59,712 bases of DNA. It comes from a virus (Duplodnaviria; Caudoviricetes). The stretch is from positions 1-59,712 of the IMG/VR virus record IMGVR_UViG_3300036806_000195, one strand, 5' to 3'. The notes below the pieces were generated by a model. It was not told the origin of the DNA. It made no database searches and was given only the letters and a program-made list of their open reading frames with translations. This document shows, piece after piece, positions 28,175 through 37,692 of the stretch (the first letter of the stretch is position 1; each line of letters begins with the position of its first letter). The position numbers and the translations under genes were made by a program.

Positions 28175-28228
28175 GCTCCTCCCCTAAATGTTCTTAGGGC
28201 ATTTTATCATATTAAGTGGAGAATAACA

Positions 28229-28780
28229 ATGTTAGAACAAATAACACAAGAAGGCATGATTCACTGGAAATGTGTGGGGGATGAGGGAGATTGCCAGACC
28301 ATGCTTTCCGCTCATATATCAACCCTTGAATACGTTTTGCCATCTGGATTTGATGGACCCAACGGCGCGACCGTCTCCCTTCCACCTTGCAAGGAGTGCG
28401 ATACACGGTGCTTCTTGAAGGCCGACTATAGCTTGAAAGAACTATTCAAGCTGACATACACGGTTGTGGACCCGATGGGCAATATTAAGGGGTATGCTTT
28501 GCCGTTGTCTCATGTTCGCAATCTCTTAGCGCATCATGCTCTCTATCAACTGGGCAAAGCTGAGCATCCGCCTATACTGCCTATGCCTAATGAGGGCTTT
28601 CTTGAGCAGATGGCACCATTAGGAAACACGGATCTAGCCTACTCGCTCTGGTTTTCTTGGGCACTACTCAAAGAACGTGGGCAGATGATTGCAAGCTTTG
28701 ATCAATTTTATCTGGGAATGGTTGCACCAGTAGTAATTCCTGAGAAAGGGGACTCTCATGCCAATCAAATCCATTCATGA
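28229..28780 (+). CDS. Cys-containing hypothetical protein
   Basis: WKC...C...LPPCKEC; related to next ORF. Confidence 0.6.
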   Translation: MLEQITQEGMIHWKCVGDEGDCQTMLSAHISTLEYVLPSGFDGPNGATVSLPPCKECDTRCFLKADYSLKELFKLTYTVVDPMGNIKGYALPLSHVRNLLAHHALYQLGKAEHPPILPMPNEGFLEQMAPLGNTDLAYSLWFSWALLKERGQMIASFDQFYLGMVAPVVIPEKGDSHANQIHS

Positions 28781-29150
28781 TGATGGGAATATCTACAATA
28801 AATGCGTGAAATGCGGCAAAGAAGTCACATTGCATGTGTCAGATCCGCAGCTCCAATATGTGGAGAACTCGGATATGGTCCAGCTTCCACCATGTGTGTG
28901 TGGCTCAATCACCTCGCTCAGGACAGAATTTACTGATGAGGAGCTGCAAGCTGATAACCTAATCACTTATGGCATGGTCCCAGAGGAAACGACTCTCCCA
29001 CATGCTATCACTGGTGAGCCGGTCCCTGTGCTCATACCAGCCTACAAGCCGATTGGTGCCAACCCTTTTGCAGAACAAGCCAGGGAGTTGAAGAAGCAAT
29101 TAGAGAAGGTGAATAAGAAGCCAAAGAAAGATAAGGACAAGGAGAAGTAG
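28758..29150 (+). CDS. Cys-containing hypothetical protein (paralog-like)
   Basis: KCVKC...LHVS...LQYV...LPPCVC. Confidence 0.6.
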   Translation: MPIKSIHDDGNIYNKCVKCGKEVTLHVSDPQLQYVENSDMVQLPPCVCGSITSLRTEFTDEELQADNLITYGMVPEETTLPHAITGEPVPVLIPAYKPIGANPFAEQARELKKQLEKVNKKPKKDKDKEK

Positions 29151-29311
29151 CTTATACAGGATTGGAGTGATGATGAAGAGATACATATTGAGAGCATTTG
29201 GAGGAATCTTAATAATTGGTGCACCGTCTCCTCCTGTAACTATTCCGCCTACAAATGTGACACTTTACGTTCGGAAGGGCAATATCACACTACGGGTTCG
29301 CGAGGGTGACA

Positions 29312-29677
29312 ATGAGAACAGTAGTCCCAATTGATGATTTTTCACCTATTATGCAGGGTGATACGAAAAATCCATTTTCTGTTCAAATACGCAATACCTA
29401 TGATGGAGAGCCTGTTGATGTGTCAGATGCAACTATATCTATGACTATGCAGAATGTGGCCGATCCTTCAGATATTAAGACTTGCCATGGCACTTGGACT
29501 AAAGATCCTGATGATGGCAGTAAGTTTTTTTATAAATACCAACCAGGAGATGTAAACGAGCCCGGATCTTGGAAGATGCGAGTGAAAGCTTCGTTTGGCA
29601 GTGACCCTGTCCATCCCGACGACGGAAAAGGCAATTTTAAGATCTTGGTAATTTTACCCTTATCAGAAGGAGCATAG
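29312..29677 (+). CDS. BppU N-terminal-like baseplate protein
   Basis: IMQGDT...PVDVSDATI...YKYQPGDVNEPGSW. Confidence 0.6.
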   Translation: MRTVVPIDDFSPIMQGDTKNPFSVQIRNTYDGEPVDVSDATISMTMQNVADPSDIKTCHGTWTKDPDDGSKFFYKYQPGDVNEPGSWKMRVKASFGSDPVHPDDGKGNFKILVILPLSEGA

Positions 29678-29680
29678 CAC

Positions 29681-30304
29681 ATGGCCTTCGGATCTAACCC
29701 AACGACAACAACACAATCAACGTTGCCAGATGATCAAATTTATACGAGTAGCGTTGCTGTACCAAATACTGCTAATGGAGATCTGACAGCACTAGAAGGC
29801 GGTCCTTCCAGCACAGACACCAATGGTAACAAAACCGCGCCCGCTTCGATGTACATCAAAGATGGCGGAGACGTTACGCAGGGTGCAAAAGCAGATACAG
29901 CTATCACAGATGCCACAACAGCAAATACAAAGATGTCCTTTCTTAAGGGCTTAGTCAAGATATTTGCTGATATCTGGGATAGTGTCAACCATCGCTTGGG
30001 GGTAGCAGACATCGAAGCTTCAGGCTATGTCAGTGCTACTAGTCCTCCTGCCACAACAAATGCAGGCAGTGATACTATCTATACCTTCAGCTCACAAGTC
30101 AATCGTGTTATCATCCAGAACAACACTTCAGCTAATCTGAACTTCGATTTTGATCAAGCGGCAAGTGCTGGATCTTTCTTAGCTCTACCAGGAACAATGA
30201 TCATCTACCCAAAGCAATGTACTGTGCTACATCTCTATACAACAGGAGCACAAAACATCAATGGGAGCACAGCAGTGAATATTGTCGTGAGAGGGGCATT
30301 ATGA
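29681..30304 (+). CDS. Putative structural protein
   Basis: T/S/G-rich; late operon. Confidence 0.6.
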   Translation: MAFGSNPTTTTQSTLPDDQIYTSSVAVPNTANGDLTALEGGPSSTDTNGNKTAPASMYIKDGGDVTQGAKADTAITDATTANTKMSFLKGLVKIFADIWDSVNHRLGVADIEASGYVSATSPPATTNAGSDTIYTFSSQVNRVIIQNNTSANLNFDFDQAASAGSFLALPGTMIIYPKQCTVLHLYTTGAQNINGSTAVNIVVRGAL

Positions 30305-30305
30305 C

Positions 30306-31541
30306 ATGGGTGTAACATTCTTCGTTCCAACTATTCCTTCTCCGCAGTACTGCTACTTACCGTCACAATGGGACACCGCGTGGAAGAACGCCAAAGCAAC
30401 GATTGCAAACCAAAAGGTAAGCGTTGTTGGCATTGGGGACTCAATTACGGCAGGGCAGGGATCAACAAATATCTTGTCTGCGTCGTGGTGGGCACTTCTC
30501 AGGTCCGCTATTCTTGCAGCCAATAGCAATTTGCTAGGCGGGGACCATTACGGCATGATCTACGGACCTGCCTCTATCGGCTATAATCCGGCAGGATCAC
30601 CCTTGACCGTTAATGGCGTGAAGGGGACGAATTACGACTGGAATTACAACGCTTTTAATTCGTCTGTGTCCAACACAACGGCGCAGACGCCTTTTATCTC
30701 AGTAACGCCATCGTATGCCGTCATAGGCTTTGATGTCCTCTATCTGGATCTCTCACCTGGCTCACCGGCTTGGACTTACAATATTGACGGCGGATCAAAC
30801 ACCAATGTTGTATGTAGTGGGGATGGAACAGCCGCGAACTCACAAATCAAAAAAGTCTCTATCACTGGTCTCGCGGCTGGCACGCATACACTCAATATTA
30901 ATGCATTTTCTAGCGGCTATCGATGCAATATTGTTGGCGTCACTGCCTATGCTGCAACGTCTGGCTTGTGCTTTGCCAATATGGGCAGCTCGGGTATGGG
31001 TCTGGTCAATGGCTATACCAGCTCGCAGAATAATCTGACCGACACAACGGGGTATCCGCCTGATAGGCTAGCGCTCTACCAAGGCTACACAGGGACAACA
31101 GCAAGCCCATCTGCATTATCAGGTCTCGGATTTCCAACGCAACCCGATTTAGCAATCATAGCATTTGGTGTAAATGATGCTTATAACGGTACAACGCTTA
31201 CACAGATGAGAGATAGTATTGCTCGGCTTGTGTGGTCTCTTCGCTACGGTAAATCCGACGCATGTAGCATCGTCATCGTGGCGATGTTTGCCCCTGATGG
31301 TACTGCCAGTACTTCGACGTCGGTCGCAAATAATGACTATGGCAGCGGAGCCACCGCCTATCGCGACTTGCGTGCAGCCATGCTCCAGGTCGCACAGGCC
31401 GAGATGTGCGCTTTCGTTGACGTACATGGACTTTTTGGACGTTTTGTGGTGACCAACGGATGGATCACAAGTACAAGTGATCTCCACCCAGCGCCAGCGG
31501 GGCATCTAAAAATAGCAAATTTGCTTGGAACGATTGTTTAA
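30306..31541 (+). CDS. SGNH/GDSL hydrolase (likely virion-associated esterase)
   Basis: GDSITAG, NMGSSG, FGVND, DLHP blocks. Confidence 0.85.
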   Translation: MGVTFFVPTIPSPQYCYLPSQWDTAWKNAKATIANQKVSVVGIGDSITAGQGSTNILSASWWALLRSAILAANSNLLGGDHYGMIYGPASIGYNPAGSPLTVNGVKGTNYDWNYNAFNSSVSNTTAQTPFISVTPSYAVIGFDVLYLDLSPGSPAWTYNIDGGSNTNVVCSGDGTAANSQIKKVSITGLAAGTHTLNINAFSSGYRCNIVGVTAYAATSGLCFANMGSSGMGLVNGYTSSQNNLTDTTGYPPDRLALYQGYTGTTASPSALSGLGFPTQPDLAIIAFGVNDAYNGTTLTQMRDSIARLVWSLRYGKSDACSIVIVAMFAPDGTASTSTSVANNDYGSGATAYRDLRAAMLQVAQAEMCAFVDVHGLFGRFVVTNGWITSTSDLHPAPAGHLKIANLLGTIV

Positions 31542-31611
31542 AGAGGTGTCCACGGTGCAATGGGACAGGAAAGTGGTTGTTTAGGGAATAGCGTTAGTAG
31601 GAGGTCTTCAC

Positions 31612-32448
31612 ATGAAATTCGATACCAATGGCTGGCTAGATGGGGCCATAGAGATTGACTATCTCAACAAGTCAATGGATAGACAGGGACACAAAATTAC
31701 CCATCTGGTGATCCATGGCACTGCTGGAGGTTCGTCAGCCCAAGGCATTGCGAATTACTTTGCAACGAGCGATGTCGATGCTTCTGCTCATATTGAGGTA
31801 GATCAAGCCGGCATTATTGCTCAAGGAATTCCACTCTCTCTGGCTGCATGGGCAAACGGAGTTATCACCCCAGGACATGCATCCTACATTCGAGAGGATG
31901 TCAATCCGAATCTCTATACGGCATCAATTGAGTTTGTAAAGTCCTCAACAGACAATTCAAACGCGTTGACACCTATTCAGCAAAAAGTGGGATTTGAGCT
32001 TATCAAGTGCATTTGTGACACCTATAACATTCCTAAACGTGCAGGTGACGCAAAAGGAGGAGTCATAAAGCACGCTGATATTGATCCAGTGAACAGGGCT
32101 CGGTGCCCGGGGAACTTTGATTTTCCTGCTCTATGGACATATCTACAAGGAGGAAATAAACCTATGCCTACACAGCCAACCACAAATCAAGACACTGAAG
32201 CACGATTGTGCTGGGCCAGCTTCTTTACGGCCATAGGGCAAACACCACCACCAACGGGATCGGGTATATTCCAGGCATGGCTCTCGGATTGGGTGAATTC
32301 GGGGAAGCAGTACGGGCCACCGATCACACACGAGTACGATAGCAACGATTGGTCTGGCAACCATATTGTGGCACAAGAGTTCGCACATGCAAGATGCGAG
32401 TGGAATGGTGCTGCGATGTGGTACGGGCCGAACGGGAAGATACAGTAG
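31612..32448 (+). CDS. Endolysin, N-acetylmuramoyl-L-alanine amidase (Amidase_2-like)
   Basis: LVIHGTAG, SAH, SIEFV, KHADI...RARCPG. Confidence 0.9.
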   Translation: MKFDTNGWLDGAIEIDYLNKSMDRQGHKITHLVIHGTAGGSSAQGIANYFATSDVDASAHIEVDQAGIIAQGIPLSLAAWANGVITPGHASYIREDVNPNLYTASIEFVKSSTDNSNALTPIQQKVGFELIKCICDTYNIPKRAGDAKGGVIKHADIDPVNRARCPGNFDFPALWTYLQGGNKPMPTQPTTNQDTEARLCWASFFTAIGQTPPPTGSGIFQAWLSDWVNSGKQYGPPITHEYDSNDWSGNHIVAQEFAHARCEWNGAAMWYGPNGKIQ

Positions 32449-32457
32449 TGAGGCTCC

Positions 32458-32730
32458 ATGCCGGAAAACGGAAGTGACCCACGCGTGGAAAGACATGAAC
32501 AAATCTTAGAAAAGCTGGTAGAACAGCAAATAAGGACAGAGGAACTTTTAAAAGCAACAATCCAGAGGACAACGGATCATGCTCAGGAAATTAAAGATAT
32601 CAAGAAGGAAGGCGTTGATATCGGCAAAATTCTAGAGAAAATGAACTTAAAGTTCAACATCATTCAATGGGTTGTTGTTGCTATTCTTGCCGCTATCATA
32701 TCGTCTATCGTCCCACATGTACTTAAGTGA
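32458..32730 (+). CDS. Coiled-coil plus C-terminal TM lysis-cassette protein (XhlA-like)
   Basis: architecture and position after endolysin. Confidence 0.6.
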   Translation: MPENGSDPRVERHEQILEKLVEQQIRTEELLKATIQRTTDHAQEIKDIKKEGVDIGKILEKMNLKFNIIQWVVVAILAAIISSIVPHVLK

Positions 32731-32738
32731 GGTAAAGC

Positions 32739-33065
32739 ATGTACAGCGTGTCTGATGCAGCTTTGCTCGTAGCAAGCATTATCGGCATCATCCTTCCACA
32801 CCTTTTTTCAAAGACAAAGATTGTTGTGTACTTCGGTGTCGTAACAGTAACTTGTATGTTCCTGTCCTCAATTATAGGAGCTTACATCATACACATGTTT
32901 TCGGACATCGAAGCAAACACACTTTTTACGCGCCTCTTCATCGTGATAGGCATATCGAACGTCGTGTACACCTTTGGCCAATTTGAAATGATGCGACGTA
33001 TGGGTATCACGCGCGAATCGTTTGACGAGGCAAAGAAGAAGTACAAGGAGGAGCATAAATCATGA
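32739..33065 (+). CDS. 3-TM membrane protein (possible holin)
   Basis: three hydrophobic segments, charged C-tail. Confidence 0.55.
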   Translation: MYSVSDAALLVASIIGIILPHLFSKTKIVVYFGVVTVTCMFLSSIIGAYIIHMFSDIEANTLFTRLFIVIGISNVVYTFGQFEMMRRMGITRESFDEAKKKYKEEHKS

Positions 33066-33445
33066 CAACTCAACAAATCGTGCAAATCATTCAAGCTCTT
33101 ATCCAGAACGTTATCTGGCCTCTTGCGCTGTTTCTCTTGCCTTGGCTCTTCGGGAAGGTCATCAGTCATCTCCCGATAGTCCGGCAAATCATTATCACCG
33201 GCATCGTCAAGCATGGTGTACAGATGGTCATGCAGAAATTTGGCAACCTTACACCAGAGGAGAAGAAGAAGAAAGCTGAGGACGCTATCTACACGCTTGC
33301 AAGCTTCTTTGGTATCACGCTCGACCCTGCCGTGGTCAATACCATTCTAGAATCGATCGTCTGGGAGACCAAGCAATCTCAGGTAGTCGAGACGACACTC
33401 ACAACCTCTCCTCTACCTGCAGTTGAGAAACCGAAGCTCGCTTGA
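33062..33445 (+). CDS. Holin (LL-H-like)
   Basis: N-terminal TM, VQMVMQ...EEKKKKA...ILESIV. Confidence 0.65.
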   Translation: MTTQQIVQIIQALIQNVIWPLALFLLPWLFGKVISHLPIVRQIIITGIVKHGVQMVMQKFGNLTPEEKKKKAEDAIYTLASFFGITLDPAVVNTILESIVWETKQSQVVETTLTTSPLPAVEKPKLA

Positions 33446-33836
33446 CCAGACCTGTGCTTGTCCTATAGAATGTGTGTACCAATCCGTTGCCTCCAACGCA
33501 GAAGTTTAAGATTGCTCAGTTTGCACGGATTGGTACCTTCTTTTCGAGAAATTCATGCAAGAACCACCACCATTCTACAGTCTTGAAACAATGCATTCTG
33601 CACCTGTTGTACTTCCTATGCCTTCTACACAGGATGTGCGAATTCAGCCTGCAATGCAGGGACAACACACGTGTCAGTGTCAGCACACTTGTAAATTCAA
33701 ATGGTTTCCTTTTGTGCTTATCCTGCTTGTTGTATTGGCATATATCATGATCATCACAACAATACTCTTTCTGAAGCTGGTTTGAGCAACAAAAAAGAGC
33801 ACCTTTCGATGCTCTCCCATCTCTTCGTCTCGCTGC

Positions 33837-34019
33837 TTAAGCGGCTTGTGCCTCTAGCAGCTTGTTTAACGTCTCGCGTCTAATTCTGTACACTTGACGC
33901 TTGAACTGATGAGGCAAACCAATAGCCTCTAGCACGCCGTATTTAATCCAACGTCGCACAGTTGTCGCGTCAACACGTAAAATTTGAGCTACCTCACTCA
34001 CGGTTAATAAATCGTTCAT
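33837..34019 (-). CDS. Excisionase-like HTH (HTH_17/MerR-like) protein
   Basis: LLTVSEVAQILRVDATTVRRWIKYG. Confidence 0.85.
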   Translation of the reverse strand: MNDLLTVSEVAQILRVDATTVRRWIKYGVLEAIGLPHQFKRQVYRIRRETLNKLLEAQAA

Positions 34020-34200
34020 GATATTCTCTCCTTCTAAGGTTTCTATCTGCTATACAATCTATGCCGTTAGTATAGCAATACTTGTCAACTTATGCATACT
34101 TCTGCTATACTAGCCATGAGGCAATTCCGCCTCGACACAACGAGGAAATAGATATTGCTGCAAAAGAGCTGAGCGCGACTTTCTGCTTGGCTCTTTTGTA

Positions 34201-34857
34201 TTACAGCACAAAATTGACACTGTGCCGTCTCCAGAACGCTATCGCCTCCTCTTGTTGCTCCAAACTCAACCATCTCTCAACATCTCCAGTCCTACCACCA
34301 GGCTTAGGTCGCTCTATCGTCTCAATCCTGTCTCCCTGTATGCCTGACGTACAGTGTCGCCACATTGTTGCTCTATTTACCCCATGCAGAGCTGCAAATT
34401 CAGCCATGAGCAGCGAACCTTCTGGTATTTCATCTGGTATAGCTCTATTTGCAATTGTAGACCTATTCTGAGTCTGTATCTTCTGAGTGTCCTGTGTATC
34501 GTTATCAAAACGATAGAGGCCCTGTTGTGTCTGTGGTGAGTACATAGACTGGCTGTGACTGTCTCTATCAGACTGTGTCTGTTCTAGTTCTGCTACACGT
34601 TTTTCAAGCGCATCGAGCTTAGCTAGTATGTCTCTCTCTGCCTGAGACTGTCTGTCATCTGGTGTCTGAGACTGTCCAAATTGTGCTTTCTCCCGCTCTA
34701 TCTCCAGACGGAAGTGCTCAACTTGCTCTTCAGAGATGAGCAGGCGTCCTGACTCTGAATGCTCAGCTTTGAGCTTACCCTTCTCTACCCATCTCAGCAA
34801 TGTTTTATAACTAATACCTATACGTTTAGCTGCACTGAGGCCATTATGGTACTGCAT
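34201..34857 (-). CDS. HTH + coiled-coil + second HTH DNA-binding protein
   Basis: AAKRIGISYKTLLRWVEKGKL; ILAKLDALEKRVAELE; MAEFAALHGVNRATMWRH. Confidence 0.8.
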   Translation of the reverse strand: MQYHNGLSAAKRIGISYKTLLRWVEKGKLKAEHSESGRLLISEEQVEHFRLEIEREKAQFGQSQTPDDRQSQAERDILAKLDALEKRVAELEQTQSDRDSHSQSMYSPQTQQGLYRFDNDTQDTQKIQTQNRSTIANRAIPDEIPEGSLLMAEFAALHGVNRATMWRHCTSGIQGDRIETIERPKPGGRTGDVERWLSLEQQEEAIAFWRRHSVNFVL

Positions 34858-35027
34858 GTGTCTCTCCCTGTCTCAGTAGTATCGAGTCAGAGATTGCCAT
34901 TACCTCAGCTACGAGTCAAGCCTATTCTTGTGTAATTCTCCATCGTTACGGCATCTGCTCACACTCGTTTTGATTCGCGTACCGTATTTGCATCTATCTA
35001 TCGTATTATTGAAAGGATGTTCTATTC

Positions 35028-35552
35028 ATGAAACGTTACACAGCATTCTTTGCTATCTTGCCGTTACTGCTCATTCTTGCAGCTTGTGGCAAATCGCAGT
35101 CAACAACAACGAATTCAACACGAGCAGGGCAAGCAACGCCTACGGTAGCACCACCACATTTCTACAAGGTTGGTGAGACAGTTACTATGCAACCGTGGGA
35201 GATTACTCTCAAGTCGGCGAAGCCTGCCGATATAGCAACATACTTGCCACCTGACGAGTCCCTGCCAAACACAAAGCCCGATGATCGGCTGCTTGTCCTT
35301 GGGGAACACGTGAAGAACATCTCATCGCAGGTGCAGCCGTGGTCTAACACGCAGATCCATCTGCAAAATGACACTGGAAGTGATGATTATGGCTACATCA
35401 TGGAAGGAAAGGATATTAGAGGGTCGATCTCTCCAACAATGCAGGGAGATGGGCTGGAAGCATATATTATCCCTGGCGATGTCCATCTTTTCTATTGGAC
35501 ATACACAAGCAACGACGGGCTACAACAAGCTCTCTGGCAGATTAACATCTAG
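35028..35552 (+). CDS. Lipoprotein (DUF4352-like; possible superinfection exclusion)
   Basis: lipobox LLLILAAC, T/P linker, YKVGETV...WEITL. Confidence 0.7.
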   Translation: MKRYTAFFAILPLLLILAACGKSQSTTTNSTRAGQATPTVAPPHFYKVGETVTMQPWEITLKSAKPADIATYLPPDESLPNTKPDDRLLVLGEHVKNISSQVQPWSNTQIHLQNDTGSDDYGYIMEGKDIRGSISPTMQGDGLEAYIIPGDVHLFYWTYTSNDGLQQALWQINI

Positions 35553-35646
35553 CTGTCAGGACGCATTGTCCATATGCTATACTGAAGCTACCACTTACGC
35601 TAGCAATTCTATCCAATGGGCTACGAAGCCAGAGCAGTCTCTTTAG

Positions 35647-36513
35647 TTAGGGGCTGCTTTTTACTGTCCTCGCGAGGCACTTGAAGAAATACGGCATCCT
35701 ATTCGGTCTCCCCTGGCTGTTCTGCTTCTTGATGCTCGCCTTTTGTGCTAGTTCTCTCGCTGTTCTCATGGCCTCTATGAAGCTACTTGGGTCGATACCA
35801 GAGTCTCTATAAATCCTATTGGCTTGACTCACGTTCTGTCCTATGTGCTCATTATCTCCTAAGTCACGTGAGAAGTCCTCTATTCGTCCTCTGATGAACT
35901 CTGGAGTGCGTTCGTTTTCCTCTTCAAGAAAATTTTCAGATGGATGGCTAGTTCGAATTACATTCTCATAGGTTATTTCTTCAGGTTGATTCTCGAGTTC
36001 GTTCTTCGATCGATCTGTATAGCTTTCAGGTCTGGACTGAATACTATTCACCTCCATCTGCATAGTATTCAGGTCCCCCTGTATAGTATTCAGATCATCA
36101 TTGACTGATAGCATCTTGAGTTTGTAAGACCTTTTCTTGCGTCCAGGGTCGCTATTATCCTCATCGCACACAAGCAACCCGTGCTCAACTGCTAGTTTTA
36201 GTCCAGCGATAACAGCTTTCTCAGTGAGCCGAATTCCACAATCCATACGAGTTCCATCACGCCGCTTGCGTCCATTCATAAATTCATCGAGAGTGATATG
36301 TTTGAATTGATCGTACTCCTGAAACCCCCACGTGTGTCTCATCACATACATCACTGCTTTCAACTCGGAGAGGTTTTCTATGCTGGCTACTATGTCGATC
36401 CATACGTTAGGGAGGCTTGAATACCCATCGCTTAATATCTCCCAAGGAAAGCCTTCAAATACAGGTCGCTCTCTATTGCGCTTGTCTTGCCTTTTACGTT
36501 TTTCTTCTTCCAT
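35647..36513 (-). CDS. Replication initiator (lambda O-like wHTH N-terminus)
   Basis: GYSSLPNVWID...ELKAVMYVMRHTWGF; internal iterons; NRMPYFFKCL C-terminus. Confidence 0.75.
   Translation of the reverse strand: MEEEKRKRQDKRNRERPVFEGFPWEILSDGYSSLPNVWIDIVASIENLSELKAVMYVMRHTWGFQEYDQFKHITLDEFMNGRKRRDGTRMDCGIRLTEKAVIAGLKLAVEHGLLVCDEDNSDPGRKKRSYKLKMLSVNDDLNTIQGDLNTMQMEVNSIQSRPESYTDRSKNELENQPEEITYENVIRTSHPSENFLEEENERTPEFIRGRIEDFSRDLGDNEHIGQNVSQANRIYRDSGIDPSSFIEAMRTARELAQKASIKKQNSQGRPNRMPYFFKCLARTVKSSP
36015..36094. repeat. Four iteron-like 16-bp repeats at 21-22-bp period inside the initiator gene
   Basis: ctgtatagctttcagg, ctgaatactattcacc, ctgcatagtattcagg, ctgtatagtattcaga at 36015, 36037, 36058, 36079. 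Confidence 0.75.
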
Positions 36514-36595
36514 GATGCTGTCTTCAATCTAGCTATGAGGAGGTTAAAAAGAGGCCAAGGCATTGTTCTACCTTGGCCCTAAATCATCGCGAGGT

Positions 36596-36895
36596 CTATT
36601 TGCTCTGTTTGGCTCGTGCCCATCGCTCAAAATAGCTGGGCACATTCTGAAACTCTATAATTGCGCGTGCGATGTGGCTATCTCCGTCCATTGTCGAGAT
36701 GATGAACTCTACAGCATGCTCATCAATGGCTTTCAGCTCTTCGTAGGCCTGTCCCATGCGCTCCATGTGGAGTGAGATGACGTCATGTTGTGCTGAGCCC
36801 TGTGAGAGGCCGTACAGTCCCGCGTAGGCTGCATCTCGTTCAGCTTGGATCTGCGTTCGAAGGCGGGCAACTTCAGATTTCTGTTGATCTTCCAT
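36596..36895 (-). CDS. hypothetical protein
   Basis: RBS; SEVARLRTQI...GLYGL...HDVI. Confidence 0.65.
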   Translation of the reverse strand: MEDQQKSEVARLRTQIQAERDAAYAGLYGLSQGSAQHDVISLHMERMGQAYEELKAIDEHAVEFIISTMDGDSHIARAIIEFQNVPSYFERWARAKQSK

Positions 36896-36910
36896 GATGT
36901 TCCACTCTCC

Positions 36911-37105
36911 CTACGCATAAATACCGAATGTTTGGATGTATTCATTTCGCTTTTGAGCTGCAAGATGACTTTGCTGTTCGAGTGGGGTCAATTCATACCA
37001 AGACCAGACACCAAAGCGTCCATTGTGCCAAGTTGAAAGGATGCTCTTCTGCTCTTGCTGAGCTTCACGACGTTCGCGGCGGGTTGATAATGAGGCGGAA
37101 TTCAT
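36911..37105 (-). CDS. hypothetical protein
   Basis: AAGGA RBS; first gene of leftward operon. Confidence 0.5.
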   Translation of the reverse strand: MNSASLSTRRERREAQQEQKSILSTWHNGRFGVWSWYELTPLEQQSHLAAQKRNEYIQTFGIYA

Positions 37106-37277
37106 GTAATCTTTCCTTAGTGTTAACTAGAAGTCTTTTAGGCTTCAAACTTAGGCTCGTTCTCTGTTCGTAGCAGAGGCGAGCTTTCTTTTTGTCCTCA
37201 ATTAGGACTCTTCTATAATATATGATAACTTGCATTTTGTCAAGATATTTGTTACGATAATTTTGCTAGAATTATGT

Positions 37278-37310
37278 CTTGACAAATATTCAAAGCTGTG
37301 GTAAGATATG
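37278..37310 (+). promoter_or_regulatory. sigma70-type promoter in divergent control region
   Basis: TTGACA...TGGTAAGAT; opposite-strand TTGACA...TATAG nearby. Confidence 0.6.
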
Positions 37311-37335
37311 ACCATCCTAAAGAAAGGAGGCGGCT

Positions 37336-37605
37336 ATGCCAACTCTAAGAGAACTAAGAGAGCAAAACTACATCAGCAGAAAGGTGTTGGCTAAAGCGGC
37401 TGGTGTCTCTGAATCCACCATCGTGCGGATGGAAGAGGGAGTAAAGCACACAACTGAAGAAGTTGCCGAGAAGGTCTTAGATGCTCTTGGTAAGAAGATT
37501 GGGCGTCAGCTCACGATTAGTGATATTGAGGGACTGAATTTCTACAATGTCATGAGAGATCGGAAGCAAAGGACAAAATCGAAGGGTGACGACGAGGCGG
37601 CATAG
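37336..37605 (+). CDS. XRE/Cro-like HTH regulator
   Basis: LRELREQNYISRKVLAKAAGVSESTIVRMEEG; AAGGAGG RBS. Confidence 0.88.
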   Translation: MPTLRELREQNYISRKVLAKAAGVSESTIVRMEEGVKHTTEEVAEKVLDALGKKIGRQLTISDIEGLNFYNVMRDRKQRTKSKGDDEAA

Positions 37606-37692
37606 CCCCCGGCCCGTGGCATCAGTTAGGCCGATAACCCACGAGCCAGCAACTACTTAGTGAAAGTATAATCGTATTGCAGATATGCTGCA

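Noticed and set aside
25093-31541. Diversity-generating retroelement targeting tail genes
   Set aside because: No reverse transcriptase and no TR/VR pair found
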